Below are positions 35,483 to 51,147 of a DNA stretch of 64,000 nt, piece after piece. Both the position numbers and the translations under genes were made by a program. Source of the stretch: the human T2T-CHM13v2.0 reference genome, Homo sapiens; NCBI RefSeq assembly GCF_009914755.1, contig NC_060947.1; one strand, written 5' to 3'. The notes below the pieces were generated by a model. The model saw nothing but the letters and a program-made list of their open reading frames with translations, was not told where the DNA came from and did not search any database. Numbering within the stretch: the first letter of the stretch is position 1; the number at the start of each line of letters is the position of its first letter.

Positions 35483-36795
35483 GCTCTTCTCACGGAGGTC
35501 AGTGTATATGGACCCAGTAAGGACAGCAGTGAAGCCTGGGACAGGGATGAGAATGGGCCTGTATTACTAGAATTTTGTCATTTTCTCATCTCCTCTTCTC
35601 TTAATGGATCAGCTCATTCTCTCCTATTGGAGAGAGGCTTCTTGATTTGGCCGAAGTCTTAGTTATCAGCAGCAATGAGAGCAAACAGACTGGCTGGACA
35701 ACAATTTCTGTGTTTCAATGCCAGTGCCTAGTGTGATGTTATTTGTCACATATGCATGTGGAAGATGTCTTGGCCAAATAACTTTGGGAAATTTTGCATG
35801 CTCTACACCTGTCCCCTCCCTTTGAAGAATCACAATGCACATTAACATATTAAATTATCTGAAATGTCCTATGGTAGAAAAATTAATTACCTTTATTGAA
35901 CTCACTGTTTCCAAATCTTAGGTGATTTCAGAGCATTTATCATCATCCATGGATACTAGTGTCTCACAAAAGAGTTTAGAAAGTTGGATGTTATAAAATT
36001 TTTATTTCATTTTTACATTGTAGAATTTTCTACTCCCCTTTCAATACCAGGCAAATCGATGTGATTTCTGTGAATAAGTAAGCAAGCCATATACATTTAT
36101 ACAAATATGCATCATTTGATGGAAAGGCAGCACATTGTTGCCAGGGAAAATTGTATCTAAATGATGTTTAGATTTTTGTTTGGAATATAAATGGATAGAT
36201 AAATGAAATTATTCCACTTATACTTTTAAAATGCCACTGACAGAAGAAAAAAAAACCCATATTATCTCAATATGTATTGTCAAAAAGTCCTTGATAAAAT
36301 TTAGCATGCTTTCCTATTATAAAATTAATACAATAGGACAAGTACTTATTTCCTTAACTGGCTCTTTCTTGTTATTCAGGTCTCAGCTTAAGTATCACTT
36401 TGTCAAAGAAACCTTTCCTAACTTCCTGCATGAAGTAGCTCCCACTCCCTATTGTATTAGTCTGATAAAACTATATATTGCAAGCCAAATGGCACTGTTC
36501 TGTTTAATGCTAAAACACTTGAAGAATTCCCATGTGAAGAGCCAGACTAGGATGTTCACAATCACTAGTATTTTTTAGGCTTTTTTCCCCATTTTTTAGA
36601 GAGGAAGGGGGAGTGTGTATCTGCCAATGCAATTAAATAAGAGAGAGAAGGAAATAAAAAGATTTAGAAAGATATATGTAATTTTTTCACATTATGTGAC
36701 TATCTGATAAAGTATGTAAAAATCAATAGCATTTACATATATATATGTATATATATATATATATATAAAACAAGGCAAATGATTGTGTGTGTGTG

Positions 36796-37104
<309 letters not shown>

Positions 37105-37595
37105 TGATTGATAATGGAATAAAAAGTCCTATTTAGTATAGTAATAAGAGAGAGTCAATGACATACCAATATAATTTCAACAGAATTTTTCTTTTTCTTT
37201 TTTTTTTTTAAGAAATTGACAACATGATGTGTATTTTTATCTGGAAGTAAACATCTGGGAATAGCCAGGAAAAAACTGGAACGGAAGTGCACTGAAGGGG
37301 AACTAGTTCTACCAAATATATATATAAAAAAAGGTTAAAGTTATAGGATTAAAATAGTTTATTCTTGTTTATAACAGAGTCAAATAGTAGACCATAATAT
37401 ATGCAGGAATTTACTGTATGATAGATGAGGCATTTGAATTCAGTAAAGATCAGTTATTCAATCCAAAATTTAATTTGATAAAAGGATCATAAAGTTAAAT
37501 ATTACATTACAGGCTAAAAAATATATTTGCAACACATATGGCAAAGGGCTCATTATCTTAATATACAAAGATTTTTTACAAAATAAATATGAGTG

Positions 37596-38020
<425 letters not shown>

Positions 38021-38339
38021 TTAAATAATTGGAGATGAAATCAGCAATGACATAACATTTGAAAAAAAAAGTAACAAATTAACAAAGTTTTAAAATGTTC
38101 GATAATGGTATAAGAGAGAATATGGAAAGAAAGCTCTTCCTTCTATTGACACAGTTTTTTTCTTTTGTCATCTTTTTGGAGGGGCATTTCGTGATATCTA
38201 CCAAAATTGGGCCCAGCAGTTCCAGTTCTTGGCACGTATCCTACACGTAATCCTATACAAATATGTGAAGGTACATGTAAAAGAATATCAGATGAAATAT
38301 TGCCCCTCAGTGAAAGACTGGTAAAATCTGCTGTTACTC

Positions 38340-38660
38340 TTCCCCTGGCTTAGTGTGCTCCAACCACAGTAGCTTTCTATCTCTTTATGGGACATACCCA
38401 GTCTTTTCCACCTTAAGACATTTGTACTAGCTATTCTTTCCTCTTGGGATGCCTTTTCCCTAGGTTTTTTACGTGACTTTTTTTTTCTTGTCATTCAGGT
38501 CTCAGCTTAAGTATCATTTCCTCAAGGAAGCCTTTCCTAACTTCCCACTACAAAGTAGCTCCCATTTCCCATCATAGTACTCTGTTTTATTGTCATCATA
38601 GTAGCTATTACTATTTAATATTGTCTTCTATGTTTACGTATTATCTGTTTCTCTAGAATA
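38340..38660 (+). mobile_element. L2 fragment
   Basis: ctattctttcctcttgggatgcc..cattcaggtctcagcttaagtatca..gcctttcctaac. Confidence 0.65.
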
Positions 38661-38664
38661 TGGA

Positions 38665-38910
38665 AAGGCAGAATAACTTGGTAATTAAAAGCATTGACTC
38701 TGTAGCCATAGCTGGGTTCAAATTTTGGCTCTGCCATTTACAGTCTGTTGGCACTTGGGGACAATTCTAACTTAATCTCTAGTGCTTTCACTTTTTAAAA
38801 AAAATCTGTGCAACTGTGATTAAGAATAGAACCTACCTCACAAATTTGTGATAATAAAATGAACTTAACATTTAAAACACAGCACTATTGAGGACATGGT
38901 AGACACTCAT
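38665..38910 (+). mobile_element. MIR
   Basis: ctgggttcaaattttggctctgccatttac..aacctacctca. Confidence 0.65.
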
Positions 38911-39049
38911 AAAATACTTGTAGATCAATTGAATTAAATTATCATTTATTCATTTAAAAGAATATTATGAAACCATCTCAGTGAATGAGGTAGATCTGTA
39001 TGTTCTGATATGAATTTTCTTCAAAATGTAGTGTGAGTGAAAATAGACT

Positions 39050-39370
39050 GTGAAGGTAACCTCAAAATCTGGGTCTTTAAACAACAGAGACTCATTTCTT
39101 GCTCATGTTACATATCTATTATGTGTCAGTGAGGGTCTCTGTCTCATGTTGTCCTCACTAGTGTCCTGGGCTCCACCATATGGCGAAAGGAAGTAGAATA
39201 TTCAGAGTGGCATTTTAGATGCTTCCATCTAGAAGCACTACCCTCCACTTATCACATTGCATTGGCCAAAATAAGTCACATAGCCACACCTAACTTCAAG
39301 GAGTAGGAAAGTACGATCCTACTGTGACCTTCTAAGGAGGAGAACCAGAAATGTTGATGAACAGCAATTA
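39050..39370 (-). mobile_element. Old MaLR LTR fragment (MLT1J/K-like)
   Basis: cattggccaaaataagtcacatagccacacctaacttcaaggg-like motif. Confidence 0.55.
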
Positions 39371-40946
39371 TTAATGAGAATGTAATAATTGAGAAAAAAG
39401 GTACAAAAGAGTAGGTATAAAGAGAGCCTATTTTTCAAAGATGTGTGTGTACTTGGATTTATATTATAAAAATGTATGGAACAATCTGCAAAACTAATAG
39501 TGGTCTGCTCTGGGAAATGGGATATTTACTTTTTACATTAAACCTTTTGTACTATTTGATATATTTTTCAATGTGGACATATATTACTTCCATAACTAAA
39601 AAAAAAATTGTCTCCCAACTGCCTCTCACATATACTTTGACAAAGTGCTATTGCAAATACTATTACAACTCAGTAAACATGGGATGGCTTATATTGAGAG
39701 AAGGAAACTGATTCACAATGAGAGAAAAGGGGCAGAAATAGATAGGTTATTTTCTGGGTAGAGAAGTACAGAGAGGGGCTCCTAAAAGACCAGTGGCAAT
39801 ACTAAAGTTCTTTATAAACTATCTAGTAGAGAGGATTGTGTGGTAGAAATTTACAAGCTTTCTAGTAACAAAGTTTCCTGGGTAGTTAAGTGCCAGACAG
39901 TAGGGGCAGACCACAAAAATATTTTTATATCATTTTGTATTTGGATAGAAGAAACATATTAAGGATAATATATTTCTGAATAGATATCAGTGATAAATTT
40001 GAAGATTCTGAACTATTGCAGAAGACTGGGAAAGTTCCCTGAAAGTCTCCATTTTTCCATGATTTCATAAAAGTTGCTGTTGGCAATGATTCCAGGGCTT
40101 TTCCCAACTTGGAAATTCTTAGTTTTCAAAGTACTTTAAAAGTAAGATATAAAATTATTTTAAGGGAAAATGATAAGATAATGTTTTATCCAACTCTGCT
40201 TGCCAAATTATTTTTAGATATATATGAATATTTGTGTATGATTTGCGAACAATGGAAGAAGTATTGATTTTAGATAAAAATCACTTCTGTTTTAGATTTT
40301 TGTTATTTGTAGTGACACCAGTGTGTGTGTGACACCAACACACACATACATACATACAACATAATTAGATATATGTACACCTAATTAGCTCCCTTGTTTT
40401 TACTTTTTTTAAAATTCCTTGGAAATGCCTACTTTTTACAGGGGAGGCACAAATATGGAAGTTCTGTATGGAGGCACAGATTTAGCTCTAAAGTATGTGG
40501 AATGGTAAATTGAAAGGATTTTGGAATTAAACATTTATTGAATCATCTCCAAAGTAGTATAAGATATTTGTATACAGAAAATGCTGTGAGAGAATTTGAA
40601 GCAAAATTTTCTATTATCCCTAATTGCTCTTTGTAATATATTTTAAATATTGATATTAAATATTTATTTTTAATTAGTGTGTATTTAAAACTATAGTTAA
40701 GGTAGGAAATTATGATTTAGTGTATTTTAAATATGTATTTTTATTCCTTTCCTCAGCCTTCTGTTAAAATGAGTTGCATAATGCTTACATTTTACATAGG
40801 AATGCAAACAGTCCTATTTTAAGTCTGGTCAGAATTTTTAAAGGATTAAATTCAGGTATTTAAAAAAATCATTACGTCATTATATAAAGACAAGTCTAGA
40901 AAAATCAGATAGATTCACAGGCCTTTTTACTTACTCAGTCTCATGA

Positions 40947-41267
<321 letters not shown>

Positions 41268-41456
41268 AGGGGTTTATTAACATATATACATACACCATGA
41301 GAACACTATATTTTGTATCTCACATTCTTGCATGATCATATTTAAGACAACAGGATTTGTTCAACATTCCTAGACACCTAGTATGTCAAGGAATGTTTCT
41401 ACATAAGTATTATTTATTGAAATAAGCTGCATTTAGACTATGCTACTCACCATATA

Positions 41457-41662
41457 AAGGTTGACTATGCCTAATCCAAACATCTGAAATCTGCAATACT
41501 CCAAACCTAAAATGAAATACTCATTAGAATATTTCTGATTTGGGAATTTTGGGTTAGTGATGCTCAACTGGTGGGTATAAAGCAAATATTCCAGAATCCA
41601 AAAAAATCTGACATCTGAAGCAGTTCTGGTCCCAAGCATTTCTAACAGGGATACCCACACTG
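41457..41662. mobile_element. Tigger4/MER46-like DNA transposon fragment
   Basis: aggttgactatgcctaatccaaacatctgaaatc..ttctggtcccaagcatttc..gggatac. Confidence 0.7.
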
Positions 41663-43117
41663 GACTCGGGTGGTAATCTGCAGCAGCTAGTGAGGTAGCA
41701 TTCCTGCCAAACAATTTGAGATACATTTTGAAGTATTTGGAAATAGGTGTCATATTCTCCCTTTCCTGAGTTTCTAGTAATTATAAGCTTTTCACTTCAA
41801 TAGTTACTCATGTATAATCAGTGAGTTTAAGAAAATTCCAGATATGGTAATTAGATACTAACACAATATGGTGAAAAATAGGAACTAATATACAAACTTG
41901 CAGATTCTTTATATATTTAATACAGATGGAAGTCCTTGTTTAAATTTTAATAGTATGATACATTAGGAGAAAAGGACATATTTGGTAAATCTATATCATA
42001 TATAGTGTCAGATTTTACAGGATAACTTGTAAGGAAGGGATTTATGAGAAAAAAAATGTTAGCGGGGCCAAACAATGTAAATAAATACATGTTGGCAAAT
42101 GTGCTCAGGAGTATTTTGTAAGGAAGGAGTTATAAACATTGCCTTTACCTTTTGATTGTATTTGCAAAACAATGATTCTTAATGGAAACTAAAATTTAAA
42201 GTGTTGAGCCATGAGTGCTCAACTTTCATTGCATACTCTGTCATAAAGCATGCTGGAAAGAAACAAAAACAAGCCTACTAGTTGATCAGTTATTTATTGA
42301 GTTTTTGTTATTTACTCAACACTACAATTAAGTGTGGAGAATACAGAAAGAAAGTGTAACATATCTTTATTTCAGTTAAAATTTTACTGTTTGACCTGCC
42401 GAGAGAGGTTAATTGGATAGTCAAATTGGACTTTAAAGGATCTTCCTGGGAGAAGACCAACAAGAACGGAATTTTAAAAAGTGGCAGTGAGGAAACTGGC
42501 TCAATCCAAACACAGGGCATGTCCTCAGCAAATAAGGGAATAACAACAAAACCAACAACAATAACAATGGTGCTTCACATTAATCGAATACTTATTACCT
42601 GCTGAACACTGTTTTGAAGTGCCTTTAGTTCATGAACTAATTTAATTCTCACAGTGCCTCCTTCCAAATAGAGGAAAAAGAGATCTCTCCCCTCTTCCAT
42701 GGCTACCTGGGCTGACCCCAGGAGGGCATTAAAAGCACCTAAATATTCTTGGGTTGGATGGAAAATCCTTGTTTGGGATTTTAAAGACCTTTCCAAAAGA
42801 GGAGTCAGGGGCATTTTGTAATCAGCTTTCACCTTTCCCTACCCTGTCAGGCCTAATGCCAAATCGGAAGGAGGAGCTTTCTATATTTTATACATTGTAA
42901 ACATTTATTGCCTTGGAAATATATTCTTATAAGATTTTGTTTTAGATTTTATGTTTAAAGGATTTTAAAAATTGAGTAGAGATTTGCTTTTATCACAAAG
43001 AATGCTATTTATGTACAAATGCAGTTATCTGTTTAACTACAAAAAATGAGTTCTCTGTGTTGTACATGGGAGGGTGATGTCCAAGTATCACACTTGACCA
43101 CCAGTCTAGTTTTAATC

Positions 43118-43396
<279 letters not shown>

Positions 43397-43406
43397 AAGC
43401 ATGGAA

Positions 43407-43490
43407 TTTTTTTTTTTTCATAATTTACATAGGTTTTTGGAGAACAGGTGGTGTTTGGTTACATGTGTAAGTTCTTTAGTGGTGATTTTT
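43407..43490 (-). mobile_element. L1PB-type extreme 3' end
   Basis: cataggtttttggagaacaggtggtgtttggttacatg..agttctttagtggtgattt. Confidence 0.7.
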
Positions 43491-43862
43491 AGTCATTTAC
43501 CCCTCATCCCCCTCCCACCGTTTCTCCTAAGTCTCTTAACCACAGAGGTGGTAAGGGCCTTGAAGGCTAGGCAAGAATTTATGGCCAAGTCTTTGCCTTA
43601 TAGGATTATATAATCTAATGATTTAGAGAACTTTTGTTATCTAGAGTTTAAGGTACTCATAAAATGCTGTTTGGTTATAGAATGAATTTTCTCTTGATAA
43701 ATGACTGTACTCAAAGGCATATTGATTTCCATATAATTATATAGCTAGTTATACTCTATTTTATTAGCAAAACAGTCTTGAATTTTGCATAATTTAATGA
43801 ATATAATTAATGACTAACTATTCTTCCTTCCTCTGATAGGCTAAGTAATCAGGCTGACCTAG

Positions 43863-44331
<469 letters not shown>

Positions 44332-44649
44332 AGGTATATATTTAATACAAGGAATAGAGACATTCTAGCCAAAATAGTGGTGAAGTAAAATTCACGTGTA
44401 AAATATCCCTTTCCTTGCATGCTTCAAAGTAAAGTGGTGTCACTGGAAAGATATACACTGGTGTTTTAGATATTAGTTTTTAAAAATCATTTAATTATTA
44501 GGTAAGGGTGTTTTATTTTGTGAAATATGGATAAAAATCTGAAATATAAGTCATATTAGGTAATGACCAGTTCCCAAAGGAACCTTATAAAGAGCTTCAT
44601 GGATGAATGAGTTTACATCTAATAAGATATAAACTCGCTGATAAGTGGC

Positions 44650-44704
44650 TTTCTCTCTCTCTTTCTCTGTCTCTCTGTCTGCCTCCTTCCCTCCCTCCCT
44701 TCCT

Positions 44705-44774
<70 letters not shown>
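44650..44774. repeat. Compound polypyrimidine/(CT)16(GT)16 microsatellite
   Basis: Direct reading: CT-rich, (cctc)n, (ct)16 at 44711-44742, (gt)16 at 44743-44774. Confidence 0.95.
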
Positions 44775-44776
<2 letters not shown>

Positions 44777-47231
44777 TACTAGTAGTAGTAGAGAGCATAG
44801 TCAAGGAAATAACTACAAGATGAGATAGTGAAACCTTTTGTTTGATCAAAAAAAGCAACTCTTTGAGCAATTCAGCTCCACTGGGGCAGGAACTATGTTT
44901 TCTTTATTCCTCCCTCTGTGCCTAGAATTGGTAGATATTTAAAAGTTTTGATTGTATCATTGTAAGTAAAAGGGGGACTTGGATTTTGGTTATAAAAACG
45001 TTTATGCCACTTTCAGGAACAGATATATTGTATCATAATGCGATAATTCTTAATTGAAATGGCGGCCTTTTTGAACTCTTGTGGGCACATCAGAACTATT
45101 TTACTATATTTAGATTGTTCATGTGTGGCTTTTGGAACTTATTTCCCATCGTGTAAATACAGTGTATTCATCTGTTGATCCCCTACTTATTAGGCACCAT
45201 GCCGCTACTCTTATAGATGTCATCTTATTTACCAGATATCTTCAGTATGTGTCTGAAAGCAGATATTTTAATCTCAGTTTTTCAAATTGGGAGATCGTGA
45301 CTCAGAATTTAAGAATGCTGCCCAGTAAGTTGCTTGGCAGTAAGCTCTTGGGCTTACATTTGAACTCAGGTTGTGTTTGTCTTGAATATCCTTGATGGTC
45401 ATAAATCTTTATCTTCTAAGAATGGAAATAATCTTTGAAAATAGCCAAAATTTTCTCCCTTAAATTTGATGAATAAGATGAGTGACTAAATTGATCAAAT
45501 TCTGGCCTTAAAATATAAAGCAATGAGACGTGTTTTATTATTTGGGTGGTAAACTGTCCCTGAAGGTAATTTCTTCAGAATCAAAACAGGGATATTCAGC
45601 AATGTTTTCAGCAGTGGCAGCAGAACTATAGTAAGCATGTGGCCCCTGAGATAACTGTGATAGTCAATACACATTAGGAAGATTAACTTCTGTTTGTTAT
45701 AAAACAAAACAGAATAGTTATTTTATAGTAACATTTTCATGATGCCAAAATAAATACTTTCATGTCATTATCTAATTGTATACATTGTTTTAAGAAATGT
45801 AAAGAAATACTGTATTAGTACAAAATTACACCATTTATGTTAGTGTGGAATGTTTGATCATTTTATTTCTAAGGGAAAATTACAAAACTGTTTAGTTCAC
45901 CTCAGTTTCTATAATGCAGCCTCTAAAGTCTCATTTCTTTAACAGGGCCTTGTGGGTGTTCTAAAGGAATGATTGAAATGAAAAGAAATGAGAGAGTCAA
46001 ACAGTGTACCGTAATAGATGAAATGGAAAGTAATTATGTTAATGTTGACTCATTATGAAGCTCTAACCATTTTTACCTGCTCATTTCTGTGTGGAAACCT
46101 GTGCAGCTGAGATGCTGAATAAGAAATTCTTGTACAAATGAGCCTAGAGGCATGTTTCTAGTATAGGAGCTAGGTCTATGCAGAATTATAATGAATTTCC
46201 CTAAGTCATTATTTAAATATGCTATCAGAGTAGGTGATTCTCCTGCCAGAAAATTTGGCTTCTAATGTTTATCATCAAATTTTTAGATGTATATTTGAAT
46301 CTTCATTGCTGCATGTAATTCTCATTTGTTAATTAGAGAGAAAAAACCCTATATTCCACAATACATCTATATCATATATAGTGTCAGATTTTACAGGATA
46401 ACCTGTAAGGAAGGGATTTATGAGAAAAAAATGTTAGCAGGGCCAAACAATGTAAATAAAAACATGTAAGTGCTTAAGAACGTGAGATTTGGAGTCAGAT
46501 GGGCTAGATTGAAACCAAATCTGTCTGACTCCAAAACTGAAGCTTTTATTCATGGTCAGAAAATTTTGAAAGTGTCACTCCCCTAAATGCCTATACCATT
46601 CCCCCCATTGCGCTTAAATGTTTCTTTTTGCCAGTATTCTGTTTCTAAAGCATGCATTTTTCAGTCATAATGTATAATAAAGCTTAATGGTCTTGCCTCC
46701 TATGACTAAAATGTCCTGCCAGTATTCTGGAAATAAAATATTATAGAGAATCTCTCTGATTATGTTAAATTGCTAACGATGGCTTAATTACTTGTTAGAA
46801 AAATGGTACATTGTCATTTTTAATTTACAGACACTTAATTTTTTCCTATGCTAATAAGTGACTTCTAAAACAATTAAATCCCTGAAACAATTAAATACCT
46901 AATTTTTGTTAAATTATATTCAACATTAATTTAAGAGTTTAATTAAAGCTAAAGAACATTTTACCTCGGGCATGAACTTTTTCCCCTTTCTGTCAGATGT
47001 GAATGCTTTTAAGTAATAAACTTAAATTTCATGTTCTTAAAATTAATGTTGGTGCTTATAATGTTATTTTGTATTTGGTGGTTTTTAATGGCAGTCTTTT
47101 ATGTTTGGAATTTCAATTTTTGTATTATTTCCTACAAAGATGCAAGAACTAGTTATACTTTACTTTTAACAGTGAAGTCTTGATAGCATAGAATTATTAC
47201 ACCAGAAGGAATGTAAAAATTTCATCTAGAG

Positions 47232-47539
47232 CAGAGCTGTCTAGAAGAAATATAATGCAAACCACATATGTAATTTAAAATTTTCTAGAAGCCACATTTA
47301 AAAAGTAAAAAGAAACAGGTGAAATTCATTTTAATAATTTATTTTATGTAATCCAATATATTTAGTACATTATCATTTTAATGTGTGATCAATATAAAAT
47401 TAATGAGATATATCTTTTTATTAACTCTCCATAATATGATGTGTATTTTACATTTATAGCACATTTTAATTCCAACTAGCCACATTTCAAGTGATTGGTT
47501 GCCACATGTGACTAATGACTTCCATATTGGACAGTGCAG
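47232..47539. mobile_element. MER33 hAT-Charlie DNA transposon
   Basis: cagagctgtc..aaattttctagaagccacattt..tggacagtgcag; perfect 8-bp TSD atctagag. Confidence 0.88.
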
Positions 47540-47877
47540 ATCTAGAGTCTCGATTTATTTCCCATCCCTGTATCCCTGATGATATGGCACACTGTGAATA
47601 GTGCTATTGGCTTATCAAGTGGTGCATACTTCCCTAGTAAGGGATTATTGGAAAATCCAGGTGAGAGGAGCTGTCTTCTGTAGTTTTGGAGAGTAAATGC
47701 ATTCAATATGATCCTGATCAGCCCATAACCTGGGGTAGGGGAGCTTACATTCTCCACTGGGAATCACTGATCTTATTTGACCTCTTTATATTCTGCAAGA
47801 GGAAATGAGGCCCACCTTCATTCCAGGGTCCATGTTCTGCAATAAGCTTGGCCCTCTTACATTTCTTTCTCTCTTGA

Positions 47878-48220
<343 letters not shown>

Positions 48221-49057
48221 CATTTTGAGATGTTAATCAGTTTCCCTTCTCTTCTAGTTTTGGATATCTAATGGAAGATTATCACATATCATGAATGATA
48301 GTTCTGTTGATGCTATTTCTCTTATTAAATGTTCATTGCCATTATCTTCTTTAAATCTCTACCATTTAAGTCACACTGTTGAAGACTCAACTAATCAGAA
48401 CCAATTGCCTTGCATTTTGAATGTGAACTGCCCATGAATTCTCTGGATTGAAAAATATTCTCCCTCCCCTCTATTGATTAGTAATGTGTTTTTTGTTCCT
48501 TTTCAACATATATTCTAAACGTTTATAGAGTCCTCTTCACTTTCATGCTTATGTTATCCTCTTATTAAATAAAGTAATGCCAAGCCCATCATGTGAGTGT
48601 TTCTTGGGAATTGAGAAATTTAGAATTGGGAAAATAGAGAAAGAACTCAGAAATCAAAGGAACCTGGCTCACTGTGTTCAATTTGTTCACATTTCAACCT
48701 CTTAAGTAATGAAATATCTTCTGAAATAATTGCCTTCTCCTCTCCATTCCCTTCCCACTTCCATATTTTTAGGCCACGACTTTTATAAGAGCCTCTCAGA
48801 TTGCACTCCTTATGCCTTGAAAGTGCATCCAGAGTTGTCATTCTAAAAATAAATCTAATCATGTGTTCCTTTTTGTCTAGCAGTCATCCAGCATGGCAAG
48901 ATCCCCAGGGTTCTTAGAAGCTTGGTTCCAAAACCTACCTTTCTACCAGCACTACCTATCATTTCCTTTTGTTCTGCTACCCATTCCCCACTAACCAGAA
49001 CACCCAGCACTCTAGCCTGATTGTTATTCATAATTTCCCAATGCACTGTAAACTTTC

Positions 49058-49431
49058 TGTCATGCGTGTCCCTGTGAAGAGACCACCAAACAGACTTTGT
49101 GTGAGCAATAAAGCTTTTTAATCACCTAGGTGCAGGCGGGCTGAATCCGAAAAGAGAGTCAGCTAAAGGAGTTAGGGGTGGGGCAGTTTTATAGGATTTG
49201 GGTAGGTAGTGGAAAATTACAGTCAAAGGGGGTTGTTCTCTTGTGGGCAGGGGCGGGGATCACAAGGTGCTCAGTGGGGGAGCTTTTGAGCCAGGATGAG
49301 CCAGGAGAAGGAATTTCACAAGGTAGTGTCACCAGTTAAGGCAGGAACCGGCCATTTTAACTTTTGGGATTCTTCAGTTATTTCAGGCCATCTGGACGTA
49401 TACATGCAGGCTTGGGCTCAGAGGCCTGACA
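49058..49431 (-). mobile_element. HERV-H solo LTR (LTR7 family)
   Basis: rc starts tgtcaggcctctgagcccaagc, contains ctcctggctcatcctggctcaaaagc, cctataaaa and tttggtggtctcttcac; perfect 5-bp TSD ctttc; inserted in an L2. Confidence 0.95.
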
Positions 49432-49869
49432 CTTTCCTGCCTCTGTTCATGATGTTCTTCCTTTACAGAATGCCCTCCTTCCCCAAGCTACACTAAAGGT
49501 CCAGTGCCATTTCTGTTGGTGTAATGTCCCTCCATAAAGAGTAATTAGAGTTACTCTTTTCTTTTTATTCTCCTAACACGTTTTCATTTACAGGTTTCTT
49601 GTTTTCCACTTTGTGTGGTAACTTCATGTCTCTTGCTTGTTTGATAGTAAACTCCTTGAGCTGGAAATAAACGTAGCTGACATTTATTGAACATCTAGGT
49701 GCTAGACATCATGCTAGGTATGTTTCCTTTATATTTGCAACTCCAGCATCAGAATAGTTTATAGTAGATGTGCAGTAAATATCTGTGGAGTTATATGTTT
49801 GCATTTTTAAATATCCATTGGAATTCCTTTAGGAATCCTAACTTAGCATTTCCATAGGAGGAGGAAAAT

Positions 49870-50055
49870 GCCATGTATAAAATACCTACTAGGTGCTTTA
49901 CAAATATTATTTCATTTAGTATTGTCAATAACACTGCAGTTGGAGTATCCCCATTTTAGAGATGATTAAATGAAACTAAGTAAAGTGGTCTAATTACCCA
50001 ACTCTTTCACCTAGTAAATGGCAGAACTATGATCTGAATCCAGGTATGACTGAAG
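49870..50055 (-). mobile_element. MIR
   Basis: atccccattttagagatga..aaactaag..ctagtaaatggcagaac..gaatccagg. Confidence 0.65.
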
Positions 50056-50305
50056 AGTGTCTCCTTAGATTTGAAAGTACAGATGTAGAGTAAAGAAATA
50101 TACTTTAGTGGGGGTAGGAGGTAACAGTCTTTGCTAACTAGATCAATTGATTCATGCAAAATGGGTATTAAGGTGCAGGCATTTCCATCTGATAGCCTTT
50201 ACTTCCTTTTCCCAAGGTGCACTAGTTTAGTCATGTTACTTAATGTTTCCATTCACCTGTGTTGGTGAATACTAAATTTTGGGAAGGTTATTATTGGTAA
50301 CATAC

Positions 50306-50707
50306 TGATACAGTTTGGATGTGTGTCCTTGCTCATCTCATGTTGAAATGTAATTCCCATTGTTGGAGGTGGGGCCTGGTGGGATGTGATTGGATCATGG
50401 GAGCGTTTTTCTCATGAATGGTTTACCACCACCGCCCTGGTACTGTCCTTGAGATACTGAGTTCTGTGAGAGCTGGTTGTTTAAAAGTGTGTAGCACTCT
50501 CCGTGCCTTACTCTTTCTCCATGTGACATGCAAGCTCCTGGTTCGCCTTCCACCATGATTGTAAGCTTCCAGAGGCCTCCCAGAAGTAGATGCCAGTGCT
50601 TTATTTCCAGTACAGCCCGCAGAACTGTGAGCCAATTAAACATCTTTTCTTATAAATTACCCAGTTTTAGGTATTTCTTTATAGCAATGCAAGACTGACC
50701 TAATACA
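50306..50707 (+). mobile_element. MaLR solo LTR (MSTA-like)
   Basis: tgatacagtttggatgtgtgtcc..ccatgattgtaagcttcc..gccaattaaa..ctaataca; TSD catac/tgtac. Confidence 0.92.
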
Positions 50708-50849
50708 TGTACACATGTGAAATTTCAGTTAGTAAGACATGACTGTGGAAGGGAAAACTCTTCTAAGTTAGTAAAAAGTCTGAATTATAGGACCTTTTCT
50801 TGAAAGTAGAGTGGTCGGGAGTAGGCCAGCATCATTGCTAGCATAGGAC

Positions 50850-51147
50850 TGTTGTAGGAAAAGCTGGGTTCTTGTCACATGACCAGGAAAGGTTAGACTC
50901 ACAGACACTTGGAAGGGCAAGACAAATGGAATTTATGGGGCGAAAAAAGAAAAAGAAAAAAACTTTAAGCAGTGCACTTAGGAAGCCTGTTAACTACTCT
51001 CGCCCCACTACACAGGAATTCAAGAGCCCAGCTCCTCCCTGCGGCAAAAGGCAGGAACTTCCTTGGCTCAACCCTGCTCTCCCAGTATGCATGCTGGTGG
51101 AAGATTATCCGTGGACCCTCCCCGTTATCTGCCTCCTGCATCTATCA
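50850..51147 (-). mobile_element. ERV1-class solo LTR (family uncertain, MER61/LTR19-like)
   Basis: TG..CA termini tgttgtaggaaaag...ctgcctcctgcatctatca; perfect 4-bp TSD ggac. Confidence 0.7.

Noticed and set aside
40442-40504. 63-nt open candidate exon (GRHKYGSSVWRHRFSSKVCGM)
   Set aside because: Only moderate splice sites, an internal ggaggcaca repeat and an unrecognised peptide; expected by chance in 64 kb.
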